A stretch of DNA of 64,000 nt from a virus. The position numbers and the translations under genes are program-made. Positions 24,349 through 34,045 of this stretch are shown piece after piece; position 1 is the first letter of the stretch, and each line of letters begins with the position of its first letter. Below the pieces are notes generated by a model that was not told the origin of the DNA, did no database searches, and saw only the letters and a list, made by a program, of their open reading frames with translations. Where the stretch lies: positions 1 through 64,000 of IMG/VR virus record IMGVR_UViG_3300046820_002137. One strand, given 5' to 3'.

Positions 24349-26721
24349 CTACTGATTCACAAAACTAATGTTATCAACTTTTTCTATTCTGACAACATTA
24401 TCTGACCAATTTGTAACCAAAGGGTTGTGTGTTATTACAAATATTTTCTCAAAATATTCTTTAATTTTCTTAAAGAACTCAGATACCATATCAAGGTTTT
24501 CATTTGAAATTTTTCCGAATACTTCATCGAAAACGATAATGTTTGGTTTTGGTAAAGAACATATCTTACTTAATACCGCTCTTAAAGCCAATGATGCGAT
24601 TGTTCTTTCATAACCTGAACCAGATGACATTAACTTTTCAATTTGAGTATTATTATCAATCATCAAAAACTCAACCTCATTTTTGTCATTGATTCTAATT
24701 TCCAATCTAAAATGACAACTATCCTCAAGTAACCTTTGTAATTCAGAATTAATCAATGGCATCATTGTTTTCATAATTAGTTTGGAGATACCATTTTTTC
24801 CAAATGTTTCCAAATATACCTTATAAACCCGTTCCTTCGACGATTCTTCCTTAATTTTTTCAATTAACTTTTTATTTTTGTCAATCTTTTCATTAAGATT
24901 ACCATTTTCAAACTGATATCCTGTTATCTTTTTGTTGATATCTGTTTTTTCTTTTTCCAACTCCCCAAGTCTAATGTCCGCTTTTATCAACAATTCATCA
25001 ATCTTATTGTTAGCCTGAATTTTTTCTTGAGCTTGTTCGTATTTTGTAAGCTTTTCGTTAAGTTTTTCAATTTTCATGTTAAAACTTTCAATACTAAGTT
25101 CCAACTTCTCCTTGATTAACTTATTCTTTTCATACTCATCAAACTCTTTCTTTAGGTTAACAAATCCCTTCTCTTTGCTTGATAAATCCTGCATTAAGTC
25201 CTCAATTTCCTTTTTATGCGTGAGATATCCGTCAAGTTCTGAGATTCTTGATTGAGTAATGGCCGCGTTCATAAGTTCAATACCACAGTGTTCACATTTA
25301 ATACCACCGCTAACAGAACTTTTCAACTTTTCAATTGATGAGATATTGGTTTCAACTTCAACCTTTTTCTTAAACGCCGAGTTATATTCATCCTTAACCT
25401 CATCATGTTTGTCCTCGTGATAATATTCACTAGGTTCAACAACTTTAACTTCAGATAATTGTTTCTCAACTTGAGATTTTTGTGTTTCAAATCCTGAAAT
25501 TTCAATCTTAACTTTATCAGGTTGTAATAAACCAATCTCCTTATCAATATCCATGTGTTTGTTTTTCAACAATCCATCACGATATTCTTGTCCTTTAATA
25601 ATACGTCCTTGAACATCAATCAAGTTACCTTGTTCAGTTGTGATAAGGTTCTCATTGGTTTTAATAGTCTCCTCATAAGTCTCGATATCATTCTTAAGTT
25701 GTTCACTATTGTAAACATTTGATGTCATTGATTTTGAAAACTCAGAATAAATCTCCTTGCCCGCTTCTTCCTTTCTTTTTAAGAAATCCAAACCCATAAA
25801 ACGAGATAACACCTGTCCTCTTGCGGTTGGTTTAGAGTCAATCAATTCCTCAAGGTTTGTTGCCGTTGTTAGGATTGTCATCAAAAAGTCATCCTTAGAA
25901 CCAATTGATGTTTTGATAAACGCCTCAGTTTCTCTACGTTGTTCTCCAGTGAAGTTCTGTAAACTACCATCGGATAACTTTTTAAAGAAATCTAATTCAG
26001 TTTTAACATTCCATTCCCCTGACTTTGCTTTCTTTCTCTCAATGTTACGAACAATAATATACTCATCGCCATCAATAATAATTTCACCTTTAACCGATAC
26101 TTTATTCTTATCGGTAAATCTATTGAACACTTCTTCGGCCTTTGTTGTTTTAGTTGTTTCGTTGAAGAAAAGAAATAAAAGTAGGTCAACCGTCAGAACC
26201 GTCTTACCACCAAAATTTGGGGGATTAGACTCAACTACACTAATACCATTACACTTTTCAAAGTCCAACTTTTGGTTTTCACCATAAGATAGGAAATTTG
26301 AGAACTCAATGTTTTTAATATACCATCTCTTGAATGGGGACGCTTCTGACTGGTCTAACACCAATTTGTTATCTACCACTGAATCCAATTTGTAAACCTC
26401 TTCAAATAATTCCTCATTTGATTTGGATTTCAAATATGATTTGATTAGTTCATGTTGATAGTTCTTATCAAGAATGTTAAAAGATATGTCGACAGTATGT
26501 GTCGTCTCTTCAGTTATGATTGTTTTGGTTATAACATTCACATTGGTTGAGAAGTATTTTTTTTGAAAATACTGTCTAACACTTTTAATTTTTTCTTGAG
26601 TGAAGTTCTCAGCATAATCCTCCCAAACGACTTGTATATAAGGGTTTTCTAAATTTTCTACTTCTAAATCGTGAGTCATATTTTTATAATTAAAATTGGG
26701 TGGTGGATTAAACAAATCCAT
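24349..26721 (-). CDS. sbcC: Rad50/SbcC (T4 gp46-like) ATPase
   Basis: FSNFLSYG, Walker A variant NFGGKT, coiled coils with CEHC hook, SGSGYE signature, IIVFDE Walker B, ITH. Confidence 0.92.
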   Translation of the reverse strand: MDLFNPPPNFNYKNMTHDLEVENLENPYIQVVWEDYAENFTQEKIKSVRQYFQKKYFSTNVNVITKTIITEETTHTVDISFNILDKNYQHELIKSYLKSKSNEELFEEVYKLDSVVDNKLVLDQSEASPFKRWYIKNIEFSNFLSYGENQKLDFEKCNGISVVESNPPNFGGKTVLTVDLLLFLFFNETTKTTKAEEVFNRFTDKNKVSVKGEIIIDGDEYIIVRNIERKKAKSGEWNVKTELDFFKKLSDGSLQNFTGEQRRETEAFIKTSIGSKDDFLMTILTTATNLEELIDSKPTARGQVLSRFMGLDFLKRKEEAGKEIYSEFSKSMTSNVYNSEQLKNDIETYEETIKTNENLITTEQGNLIDVQGRIIKGQEYRDGLLKNKHMDIDKEIGLLQPDKVKIEISGFETQKSQVEKQLSEVKVVEPSEYYHEDKHDEVKDEYNSAFKKKVEVETNISSIEKLKSSVSGGIKCEHCGIELMNAAITQSRISELDGYLTHKKEIEDLMQDLSSKEKGFVNLKKEFDEYEKNKLIKEKLELSIESFNMKIEKLNEKLTKYEQAQEKIQANNKIDELLIKADIRLGELEKEKTDINKKITGYQFENGNLNEKIDKNKKLIEKIKEESSKERVYKVYLETFGKNGISKLIMKTMMPLINSELQRLLEDSCHFRLEIRINDKNEVEFLMIDNNTQIEKLMSSGSGYERTIASLALRAVLSKICSLPKPNIIVFDEVFGKISNENLDMVSEFFKKIKEYFEKIFVITHNPLVTNWSDNVVRIEKVDNISFVNQ

Positions 26722-26724
26722 ATA

Positions 26725-26919
26725 TTAAATTGGGGTAACGTCAACAACTTCTGAGTTGTTCTCTTCGGTCATTGCCGACATTTGTTCTTGATATTGCTGA
26801 AGTTGTTTTTCCAACATTTCAGTATATTCTTTTTCCATCTTACGACGAACGCCCTTGAGTAGGTTGTTACGATTTTCAACCTTTTGTTTGTGATTTTTTC
26901 TAGTTCTTGATTTTGGCAT
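26725..26919 (-). CDS. Small basic hypothetical protein
   Basis: Likely start MPKSRTRKNHK at 26919. Confidence 0.65.
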   Translation of the reverse strand: MPKSRTRKNHKQKVENRNNLLKGVRRKMEKEYTEMLEKQLQQYQEQMSAMTEENNSEVVDVTPI

Positions 26920-26929
26920 AATATTAAAT

Positions 26930-27274
26930 TTATAAATGATTAGTTTTTGGTCTGTTTTCTTCGAACCACTCAACAACTGAGTTAATAGCCCATACCGCCC
27001 CTGAAGCCATTAGTCCGTCAAAGAACCATGATATCCATTTTGGAGTTAGGAAAAGGTAATGAGAGGGGGAAATAAGTACAAGTCCCAAGAAAAATCCAAC
27101 CCATGTAGAAGTACACATCATACAGGACAATAGGTCAGAGAAGAATTTAAATACTGAGAATCTTACTCCCAATAAACTTATGGTATTTCTAAATCCTTCG
27201 AAAATACTACCATAAACCATAATGTTGGAGAACCCGTAGGCCAACACGAACCACGCAATTAAAGTTGTCATCAT
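26930..27274 (-). CDS. DUF1360-like membrane protein
   Basis: IFEGFR...LLSCMMCTSTWVG motif with flanking TM helices. Confidence 0.75.
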   Translation of the reverse strand: MMTTLIAWFVLAYGFSNIMVYGSIFEGFRNTISLLGVRFSVFKFFSDLLSCMMCTSTWVGFFLGLVLISPSHYLFLTPKWISWFFDGLMASGAVWAINSVVEWFEENRPKTNHL

Positions 27275-27286
27275 TTTTTGTTTGTT

Positions 27287-27784
27287 TTATAATCTATCTT
27301 TTAAATTTGAACTTTTCATGTAGAAAGCATAAGAAGTTTTTGTGAGATTTTCAAGGTCCTCAACCTTATTTCTTAATTCTTTTATCACATCATTCTTTTC
27401 ACCGAGTTGTCTGTTTAAGTTCATCAAAGTTTCCTGTAATTTACCACATTCAACTTCTTTTTGATTTTCAAGTTTACCTTTCAAAATATAAATTTCGTTT
27501 TGTAACTCTTCAATCTTTGTGTTATCAATTACAGGTTTTTCAATAAAAACTTCCTTCTCAACTATAACTTCTTTAATAACCTCTTTCTCCAATTCACGGT
27601 CAATAACTTCAGGTAATTGACCTTGATTTAATAAACCATACTTCTCTATATAATACCCCTTTCTGAAACAAAGTCTTGCGAAGTCATCAACTAACTTAAT
27701 TTCATTAAGGTCACAAAATGTCATCAAGTCTTTATAGTCTTGAATACTTAAATCAATAGTTAAGGAGTTTTTCTGTTCCATCAA
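27287..27784 (-). CDS. Coiled-coil hypothetical protein
   Basis: 165 aa; EKEVIKEVIVEKEV repeat then coiled coil. Confidence 0.7.
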   Translation of the reverse strand: MMEQKNSLTIDLSIQDYKDLMTFCDLNEIKLVDDFARLCFRKGYYIEKYGLLNQGQLPEVIDRELEKEVIKEVIVEKEVFIEKPVIDNTKIEELQNEIYILKGKLENQKEVECGKLQETLMNLNRQLGEKNDVIKELRNKVEDLENLTKTSYAFYMKSSNLKDRL

Positions 27785-28532
27785 TTATTTGGTCATAAGA
27801 ATTTAATTTGAATGATAGGAAAGGTTTTGGATTTACCAAATTAACAAACTCATATTTGTCATTTTCCACATCATATACGCCATATCCATGTTTTTCGATT
27901 GTCTCACCAAAGTTTTGTTGGATGGTTGACCCAATCATGTAAGCCTTCTTACCTCCAGGTATATTGAACACTTGTCTCTTATGTATGTCACCACACAATA
28001 CTAAGTCACATCCATCAAACTTATCAGATTCAAATCCACTATCAAACTTATATCCAACATCAGTTGTCAGACCTTGAACTGGACCATGGAACAATCCGAT
28101 TTTCTTTCTATCATTTTTTGTAATATCAGGTGGAATGTTGTGGTCCATAAGTGAATAGACACACCAATCAATATTTTCATCTTGATAAACACCTCTGTTC
28201 TTATAGTAAACAACCATTTCATTTTTCAATGAATCAACTACCGGTGTTAATGCATCCAACCTTTCCATATTGTTTTCAAGAAAGTCGTGGTTTCCCGGTA
28301 TCAATATTGTTTTTGCAATTTTAGAACACTCGTTTAATGTCCACGCTATGAACTCAACAAGTTCAGGTGTCATTTGGTTTTTACTATGAACTAAGTCACC
28401 CGTGAATACAATACGGTCAGGATTAATTTTCCTCCACTGACTAAATGCCTCTTCCAATATACTTCGGTATAGGTTATGGTCCTTAAACAACCTAACGTGT
28501 AGGTCACTAAAGTGTACTAGTTTTTTTATCAT
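27753..28532 (-). CDS. sbcD: Mre11/SbcD (T4 gp47-like) metallophosphoesterase nuclease, catalytic domain only
   Basis: SDLH, TGDLVH, PGNHD, FHG, GDIHKRQ, GSTIQQNFGE motifs. Confidence 0.9.
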   Translation of the reverse strand: MIKKLVHFSDLHVRLFKDHNLYRSILEEAFSQWRKINPDRIVFTGDLVHSKNQMTPELVEFIAWTLNECSKIAKTILIPGNHDFLENNMERLDALTPVVDSLKNEMVVYYKNRGVYQDENIDWCVYSLMDHNIPPDITKNDRKKIGLFHGPVQGLTTDVGYKFDSGFESDKFDGCDLVLCGDIHKRQVFNIPGGKKAYMIGSTIQQNFGETIEKHGYGVYDVENDKYEFVNLVNPKPFLSFKLNSYDQIIDGTEKLLNY

Positions 28533-28753
28533 AGTTGAGTTCCTTTATCAAATAAAGCAAATTCTTTGTTAACATATCCACACTTTTCACACATGTATGT
28601 AGGAAAAGGAACAAGGGTGTCCTCAGAACTACCTGTGTATAGTTTAGACACCCTTTTAATTAAAACGACTTCCTTAAAATATTCACTTCCACAACTTTCA
28701 CAAACCTCAGTAGGTTGTGTTTTCAAATCAATTTTTGGTAATAAATCTTCCAT
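28529..28753 (-). CDS. Zinc-ribbon protein
   Basis: CESC...CEKCG. Confidence 0.75.
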   Translation of the reverse strand: MEDLLPKIDLKTQPTEVCESCGSEYFKEVVLIKRVSKLYTGSSEDTLVPFPTYMCEKCGYVNKEFALFDKGTQL

Positions 28754-28799
28754 ATTTTTTTATGAAAACATACTAAACAAAAACCGAACAATCAAGTAC

Positions 28800-29336
28800 C
28801 TATCCTTTGATTGTTAAAAACTCAATGTTGTCTTTTTCCACAGGATTTGGTATCCAATATTTTAAATAATCTTTTTTAACACCCTGTTGTGCATATTTGT
28901 TAATAATTGGTCTACCCGTGTTATATGCTCCCAATACTTTTTTCCAATCTCCATACTTTTTAAAGTGTTGGGATAAAACTTTCATAGAAATATAAACATT
29001 CAAATCAATACTATCTTTTAGTTGTTTTTTACTTACTGGAAATCCTGCAAAAAATGAAGCGTATTGAGGCATAATTTGCATTGGTCCAACAGCGCCAGCT
29101 TTAGATACTTGTTTGTGATTATAATTTTTATGGTTTGGTCCTAAATAACCTGTCTCCATTCGTGCCACATTGAATGCGATATGAAGTGGTACGTCAAATG
29201 AGTCAGCATGAACTAAAATAGATTCATACATTTTTTCCGCATTTGTTTTAGGTTTACAGTCGGGATTTTTATGAGTTACTTGAGCGTAAATAAAAATTGT
29301 TGTAATAAGTGAAAATAAAATTAATAAGTTTTTCAT
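28800..29336 (-). CDS. Secreted lytic transglycosylase (SLT domain)
   Basis: Signal peptide ending IYA-Q; catalytic ET, GAVGPMQIMP, AYNTG. Confidence 0.9.
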   Translation of the reverse strand: MKNLLILFSLITTIFIYAQVTHKNPDCKPKTNAEKMYESILVHADSFDVPLHIAFNVARMETGYLGPNHKNYNHKQVSKAGAVGPMQIMPQYASFFAGFPVSKKQLKDSIDLNVYISMKVLSQHFKKYGDWKKVLGAYNTGRPIINKYAQQGVKKDYLKYWIPNPVEKDNIEFLTIKG

Positions 29337-29354
29337 AGCGTTTATTTTTTAGTG

Positions 29355-30209
29355 TTAAGATAAATATTGTTTCATATCCATAGAAAATACAGTATCAATA
29401 ACATCTTTGGGCACTCTAAACTCCTCAAAATCGGAATTTTCTTTCAATAGTACAATGATACAACCAAAAAAGTTAATATCCTCATACTTTGACCCTTTTA
29501 ACATTTCCTTAAGTAATTTTCCGTAAAATGGTAGTTGTAAAAAGTAGTGTCCTAACGCATTGTCAGGGTGTTTTTGGAAAGGAGCCTTCATTCTTTTTGT
29601 GAATTGGTTCTCCTCGAAATTTTTTGGCTTGTTAGTTTTCCAATCAGTTATGATTAACCCTACACTATTTTTATCTTTACCTTCGATTAACCAAACTTTA
29701 TCGGGTTGCCCGGTATAACCAAGACCAGGGTCACCTAAAACAATCTCGGTGTCCAAAAGTTCAGCGCCCCTTTCCTTCATTAGTTTTAGGTAATTAGTTC
29801 CAGCATTAATCATACTATCACCTTTAAGTATTTGAGTGAAATCACAATCAAATTCAGGAACCCTTACTTCTTTATCATAATCATACATTTCGAGTATTTT
29901 CTTTTCCAAAAAATAATGAACACGACTACCCATATTTGTTGAGTAGTCCCCCGCAGCTTTCCATTCGGCAAGTAATCTTTGTTGTTCCACGACATCACCC
30001 TTAGCCTTTTTTAATGAAATTTCTTCAGCAGGAAACTCCTCATAAAACTTTTTTAATAATTTAGAAACTGAAGGAAAGTTGTTTCTTATGTTCCCATCTA
30101 ACCCCTTCATATAATAGGTGTGAGTGTCCTCAACAAAGGTTAACTCAAGTTCTTTTCTTTTATCTTCAAGAATCTGTCTTATTTCAGACGCAATTTTATT
30201 TAATTTCAT
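29355..30209 (-). CDS. PD-(D/E)XK exonuclease (Cas4/RecB-like)
   Basis: HTY, PSVS, GSRVH, E...GQPDK, IITDWKT, LQLPFY. Confidence 0.85.
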   Translation of the reverse strand: MKLNKIASEIRQILEDKRKELELTFVEDTHTYYMKGLDGNIRNNFPSVSKLLKKFYEEFPAEEISLKKAKGDVVEQQRLLAEWKAAGDYSTNMGSRVHYFLEKKILEMYDYDKEVRVPEFDCDFTQILKGDSMINAGTNYLKLMKERGAELLDTEIVLGDPGLGYTGQPDKVWLIEGKDKNSVGLIITDWKTNKPKNFEENQFTKRMKAPFQKHPDNALGHYFLQLPFYGKLLKEMLKGSKYEDINFFGCIIVLLKENSDFEEFRVPKDVIDTVFSMDMKQYLS

Positions 30210-30583
30210 TTTTTATTCCTTTTTTTAATAATTCTATGATTTAGAAGTCCATTTCTTTTAGGGTCATCTTCGTTGTAATTAATAAACATATGTTTTATAA
30301 AAATTATAGGTAACATAATAACCGCAATTATTCTTAATATATTAAATGTAATAAATTTTTTTTTTACAATTATTTTATAGTCACCCCCAAATTTTTGGAG
30401 TAATAAACAAAATCGATTATTACCGTTTAATATTTTGTTATCAAATCCTACAGTTATAACACCTTTTCTTGGTTTATAACCTTCTTTTAAAAATTCTTTT
30501 TTAAAATTTTGTCTTTCGATTGTTTCGAAGGATACACAGTGACTTTGTTTAAGTTTATTTAATTCAATCCTTTTGAAGCTCAT
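30206..30583 (-). CDS. ParB/Srx-like domain with C-terminal TM helix
   Basis: ITVGFDNKILNGNNRF; paralog of the adjacent gene. Confidence 0.65.
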   Translation of the reverse strand: MSFKRIELNKLKQSHCVSFETIERQNFKKEFLKEGYKPRKGVITVGFDNKILNGNNRFCLLLQKFGGDYKIIVKKKFITFNILRIIAVIMLPIIFIKHMFINYNEDDPKRNGLLNHRIIKKRNKK

Positions 30584-30908
30584 TTTCAGATGATTTCTTA
30601 ATTTGTTGATGGGCTATAAAAAATGGAAAAAAAATAATAAACAATATAATGAATATGAATTTTATTATGTCGTAAGTAATAATTTTTTTTCTTACTATTA
30701 TTGTATGATTTTCACCGTATTCTTCTAATAACAAACAGTATCTATGATTCCCATTTATAATTTTATTATCTGAACCAACAATTATAGAATCTTTTCTTAC
30801 ATCATACCCTTGCAAAATAAAATTATCCTCTAATTCTTTTCTTTTTTTTATGTATTCAACACAATTACTTTGTTTTATATCTTTTAATTTAATCCTCACA
30901 TATGACAT
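30564..30908 (-). CDS. ParB/Srx-like domain with C-terminal TM helix
   Basis: IIVGSDNKIINGNHRY motif; hydrophobic C-terminal segment. Confidence 0.7.
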   Translation of the reverse strand: MSYVRIKLKDIKQSNCVEYIKKRKELEDNFILQGYDVRKDSIIVGSDNKIINGNHRYCLLLEEYGENHTIIVRKKIITYDIIKFIFIILFIIFFPFFIAHQQIKKSSENELQKD

Positions 30909-30909
30909 A

Positions 30910-31812
30910 TCAATATTTCATTTCACAATAAAAATCATTTATATTACCTCTTAAATCGCATACATCTTTATCTTTAGGTAAGTGGACAATTTTTATTTGC
31001 CCATATAACTTACCACCATTAAGTTCATAATATAATTTAACCGCATTATCCCATGCATCACCATCCAAGGCTATTATAATATTCTTTTTAACTTTATCGT
31101 ATAGAGTTTTAAATAGTAGCTCACTAATATGTTTCCCTAGCATTGGTATACTATTGGGTAAAAAAAATGCATCAAAAACTCCTTCTACCAAATAGATATC
31201 TTTATTCCAATCAATTAAGTGTTGGTTAAAGATTATCTTATCTTTTTCAGCTTGGGGGTTTTTATATTTGGCTCGTGACTTCGGGTCCCAACTTCTTGCT
31301 ATATAATAATTCAATTCACCCTCAATATCATATGATGGTACAATAATCCTACCAGCATGGCTCCCGTTATCACAAAAACCAATAGAATACTTTTCAATAA
31401 TATCATCGGTTATACCTCTGTTTTTCAAGTAATTATACGCTTGTTTATAAACAGGATAGATTGGGTTTGAATCCTTAAATAAAACAAAACTTTCAGGTAA
31501 CCTTAACTTTTGTTTTGGTTTCTCCTTAGGTTTTATGTCTTCAGGTTGGAAAAGTTTATAAACCTTTTTATGTTTTTTGTTTCCATAGTTGTCTATTAGT
31601 TTTCCAAGTGGTCCATGCATACCATTTGTTTCAGAGCAACTCCAACATTTATATACGTGTTGGAAATAATTGACCTCTAAATTACCCTTGTTTCGGTCCT
31701 CGTCACATAGGGGGCAGTTGAAGGAGATTTGTCCTCGATGTTCATAGTGCATCTTCTCATCACCAAGTATTTCCCTTAGTAATTCAACTAATATTTCTTT
31801 TTCATCGGACAT
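30910..31812 (-). CDS. dnaG: DNA primase (DnaG/Toprim)
   Basis: CPLC...CWSC zinc finger, YLKNRGI, KYKNP, VEGVFDA, ALDGDA, KDVCD. Confidence 0.92.
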   Translation of the reverse strand: MSDEKEILVELLREILGDEKMHYEHRGQISFNCPLCDEDRNKGNLEVNYFQHVYKCWSCSETNGMHGPLGKLIDNYGNKKHKKVYKLFQPEDIKPKEKPKQKLRLPESFVLFKDSNPIYPVYKQAYNYLKNRGITDDIIEKYSIGFCDNGSHAGRIIVPSYDIEGELNYYIARSWDPKSRAKYKNPQAEKDKIIFNQHLIDWNKDIYLVEGVFDAFFLPNSIPMLGKHISELLFKTLYDKVKKNIIIALDGDAWDNAVKLYYELNGGKLYGQIKIVHLPKDKDVCDLRGNINDFYCEMKY

Positions 31813-31816
31813 CAGG

Positions 31817-31847
31817 TAAAAATAAGGTACAAATTAGTTCATGTCAA
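31817..31847 (-). promoter_or_regulatory. Promoter for primase, near-leaderless
   Basis: TTGACA-N17-TATTTT (also TTG-N20-TATTTTTA) ending a few nt before the ATG at 31812. Confidence 0.5.
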
Positions 31848-31872
31848 CTTCACAAGTTTTATGGTCCTATTA

Positions 31873-31879
31873 TATTTAT
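31873..31879 (+). promoter_or_regulatory. TATTTAT putative late promoter of the plus-strand cassette (one of about 11 copies)
   Basis: TATATTTATA 17 nt upstream of ATG 31897; same motif precedes other virion-type genes. Confidence 0.55.
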
Positions 31880-31896
31880 AAAAATAAAATTAATAA

Positions 31897-32115
31897 ATGC
31901 CTTTAACTATTACAATAAACACTTTGAATGGGACGAGTCCTTTTGATGTATACCTATGTGATGACCCAATCACAACTTGTATATACATAGACACAATAAA
32001 TTCAGCGCCTTATGATTTTGTAGTTCCAACTATTTTAGAAAATTTAGGAGTTTATAATATAAAAGTTATTGATGATAACGGTTGTGAGGCAACAACAAAT
32101 TTAATTACTCCTTAA
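31897..32115 (+). CDS. Small beta-rich protein, paralog of the N-terminal domain of 35276..41503
   Basis: ITINTLNGTSPFDVYLCD...C...P...KVIDDNGCE vs VSINQITGCTPPYDIYVCD...C...P...KIVSILTGCE. Confidence 0.75.
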   Translation: MPLTITINTLNGTSPFDVYLCDDPITTCIYIDTINSAPYDFVVPTILENLGVYNIKVIDDNGCEATTNLITP

Positions 32116-32116
32116 A

Positions 32117-34033
32117 ATGGCGGCATGTGTAAATTCAAATTATTGTATAACAGGAACAGGTAACCCTTTGTGGGATGACTCTTACTCAATACAGGGAGGT
32201 CTTCACAATGGATATTCATATTTTCAAGGTATTACTAATGGGTATTATGTTTTTTTCTCGGTAGAAGGTTATTGGTGTTTGTCGGATACTTTAGATGGAA
32301 CTTGTTTTTTATCAGGTCACTATCCTTGTACAACAGATTGTCCTGATTTATGTGATGGTTTTTTTATAGTCAATATATGTTTAACACCAACTCCAACTCC
32401 AACCGTAAACTGTAGTGTATTTGACTTTGATGCAATTTTTGATTGTCAAGTTGCTGAAACTCCAACACCAACACCTACAATAACCAATACTCAAACACCA
32501 ACACCTACAATAACAACAACAAATTTTTGTCCTTTTATAGGTGTAAATGCCACTATACAAAATATACCCCCAACACCTAGTGTTACAACAACCGTAACTC
32601 CAAGTATAACCCCTTCACAATTCCCTAGAGATTGTGACTTTACAGGTGAGGTTACATTCTTCACCATTAACACACAGATATCGTGTCCAATTAGTAAACA
32701 ATTCCAAAATTGTTCAACAGGTGAAATGTATTACACAGCTGATGTTTTACAAACACCATATGGAACTACATTACAACCATTCGAGGTGTTTACATCTAAT
32801 GTAGATGGTGTTTACCAATGTATTACATTCATCGGATTTAACCAAAATGTAATAGGTATTAACGTGATACAACTACTTAACGGTCCTTTAGGTTATTCTA
32901 ATTTAAACGACTGTCTATCATTGTGCGCTGGAGTTCCTCCAACACCTCAAGTAACACCAACTCCTTCATCGACACCTCCACCATTTGGTTTAAGGACTTG
33001 TTCAGTTATTTACTTAAGTGATGAAAATGGTGGAACTGAAAGTAACATTTATTTATATGATGTAGTTACAAATGACAGTACTAAACTTTCATTCACCGAT
33101 GTTATTCCAGGTTATAGAGACATCGCTCATACAGATACGAAAGTTTGGATTCAAAATGAAAACGAGTTAAGAGAATGGGATATAGTTTCGTTACCATTCT
33201 CATCAACTTATATTGGTAAGATGTCGCTACCAGCTAATTTAACACTCAGTGATGGATTAGTCGCTAAAGATAATAATACATTAATTGGTGTAACCTCGTC
33301 ACCTCAAACTGTTGTAGAAATATCGGTATCAACCGGGGTTGTAAATTCATTTACTAATCTATTCTTAGTTCCATCAGGTAGAGAAATTTCAGGAGACATT
33401 AGTTTAACAACACAAGGAAATTTAATTATAACATATGTCAACACTTCAACAAGTCAGTCATGGATTACTGAACACGAATATCAAACAGGTACTTTAGGAT
33501 TTGTTGCTTACGAATTTGAATTGTCTCCAACAATTACACAACCTGAGGGTATATTCCAAGTAGGAGGTGTGACATACATTGTTGATAAACAAACAGGTTT
33601 AGTATATAGTTTAACAAACATATTAACATCACCAAGTTTAAACCTTGTCGAGACAATCGGAATTGACGTTGACGGTATTTCTCAACAATCTTCTTGTTTA
33701 AATAATCTGACTACAGTTTCATTATATGTATTTAGAAAATGTCCTAATACTAACTATTATATTGTTCAAACAGAACAATCTATAACTACAACACCTAATA
33801 GAGTTATTTATGACGTTGCTAATAATGAATGTTGGGAGTTCTTATACACCACAATAACGACCCCAACATTCCTACCAACAGATAATGTATTGTATTGGAC
33901 GGGTAATTATTTCCAATCTGTTTTATCTTCAGTATATACAACTTGTACATCTTGTATTAACACTAATATAAACCCACCTCCTCCGCCTCCCCCAGTAGGT
34001 GGCAGAAATACAATTTTCTTACATATAGAATAA
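32117..34033 (+). CDS. Cys-rich modular protein with PT linkers and beta-propeller-like domain; putative virion appendage
   Basis: 638 aa; TPTPT linkers; domain shared with 35276 and 48056 proteins. Confidence 0.75.
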   Translation: MAACVNSNYCITGTGNPLWDDSYSIQGGLHNGYSYFQGITNGYYVFFSVEGYWCLSDTLDGTCFLSGHYPCTTDCPDLCDGFFIVNICLTPTPTPTVNCSVFDFDAIFDCQVAETPTPTPTITNTQTPTPTITTTNFCPFIGVNATIQNIPPTPSVTTTVTPSITPSQFPRDCDFTGEVTFFTINTQISCPISKQFQNCSTGEMYYTADVLQTPYGTTLQPFEVFTSNVDGVYQCITFIGFNQNVIGINVIQLLNGPLGYSNLNDCLSLCAGVPPTPQVTPTPSSTPPPFGLRTCSVIYLSDENGGTESNIYLYDVVTNDSTKLSFTDVIPGYRDIAHTDTKVWIQNENELREWDIVSLPFSSTYIGKMSLPANLTLSDGLVAKDNNTLIGVTSSPQTVVEISVSTGVVNSFTNLFLVPSGREISGDISLTTQGNLIITYVNTSTSQSWITEHEYQTGTLGFVAYEFELSPTITQPEGIFQVGGVTYIVDKQTGLVYSLTNILTSPSLNLVETIGIDVDGISQQSSCLNNLTTVSLYVFRKCPNTNYYIVQTEQSITTTPNRVIYDVANNECWEFLYTTITTPTFLPTDNVLYWTGNYFQSVLSSVYTTCTSCINTNINPPPPPPPVGGRNTIFLHIE

Positions 34034-34045
34034 AAATAATAACTT

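Noticed and set aside
29355-30209. Cas4 as evidence of a CRISPR-Cas system
   Set aside because: Lacks the Fe-S Cys cluster, no cas genes or array nearby; ordinary phage exonuclease context
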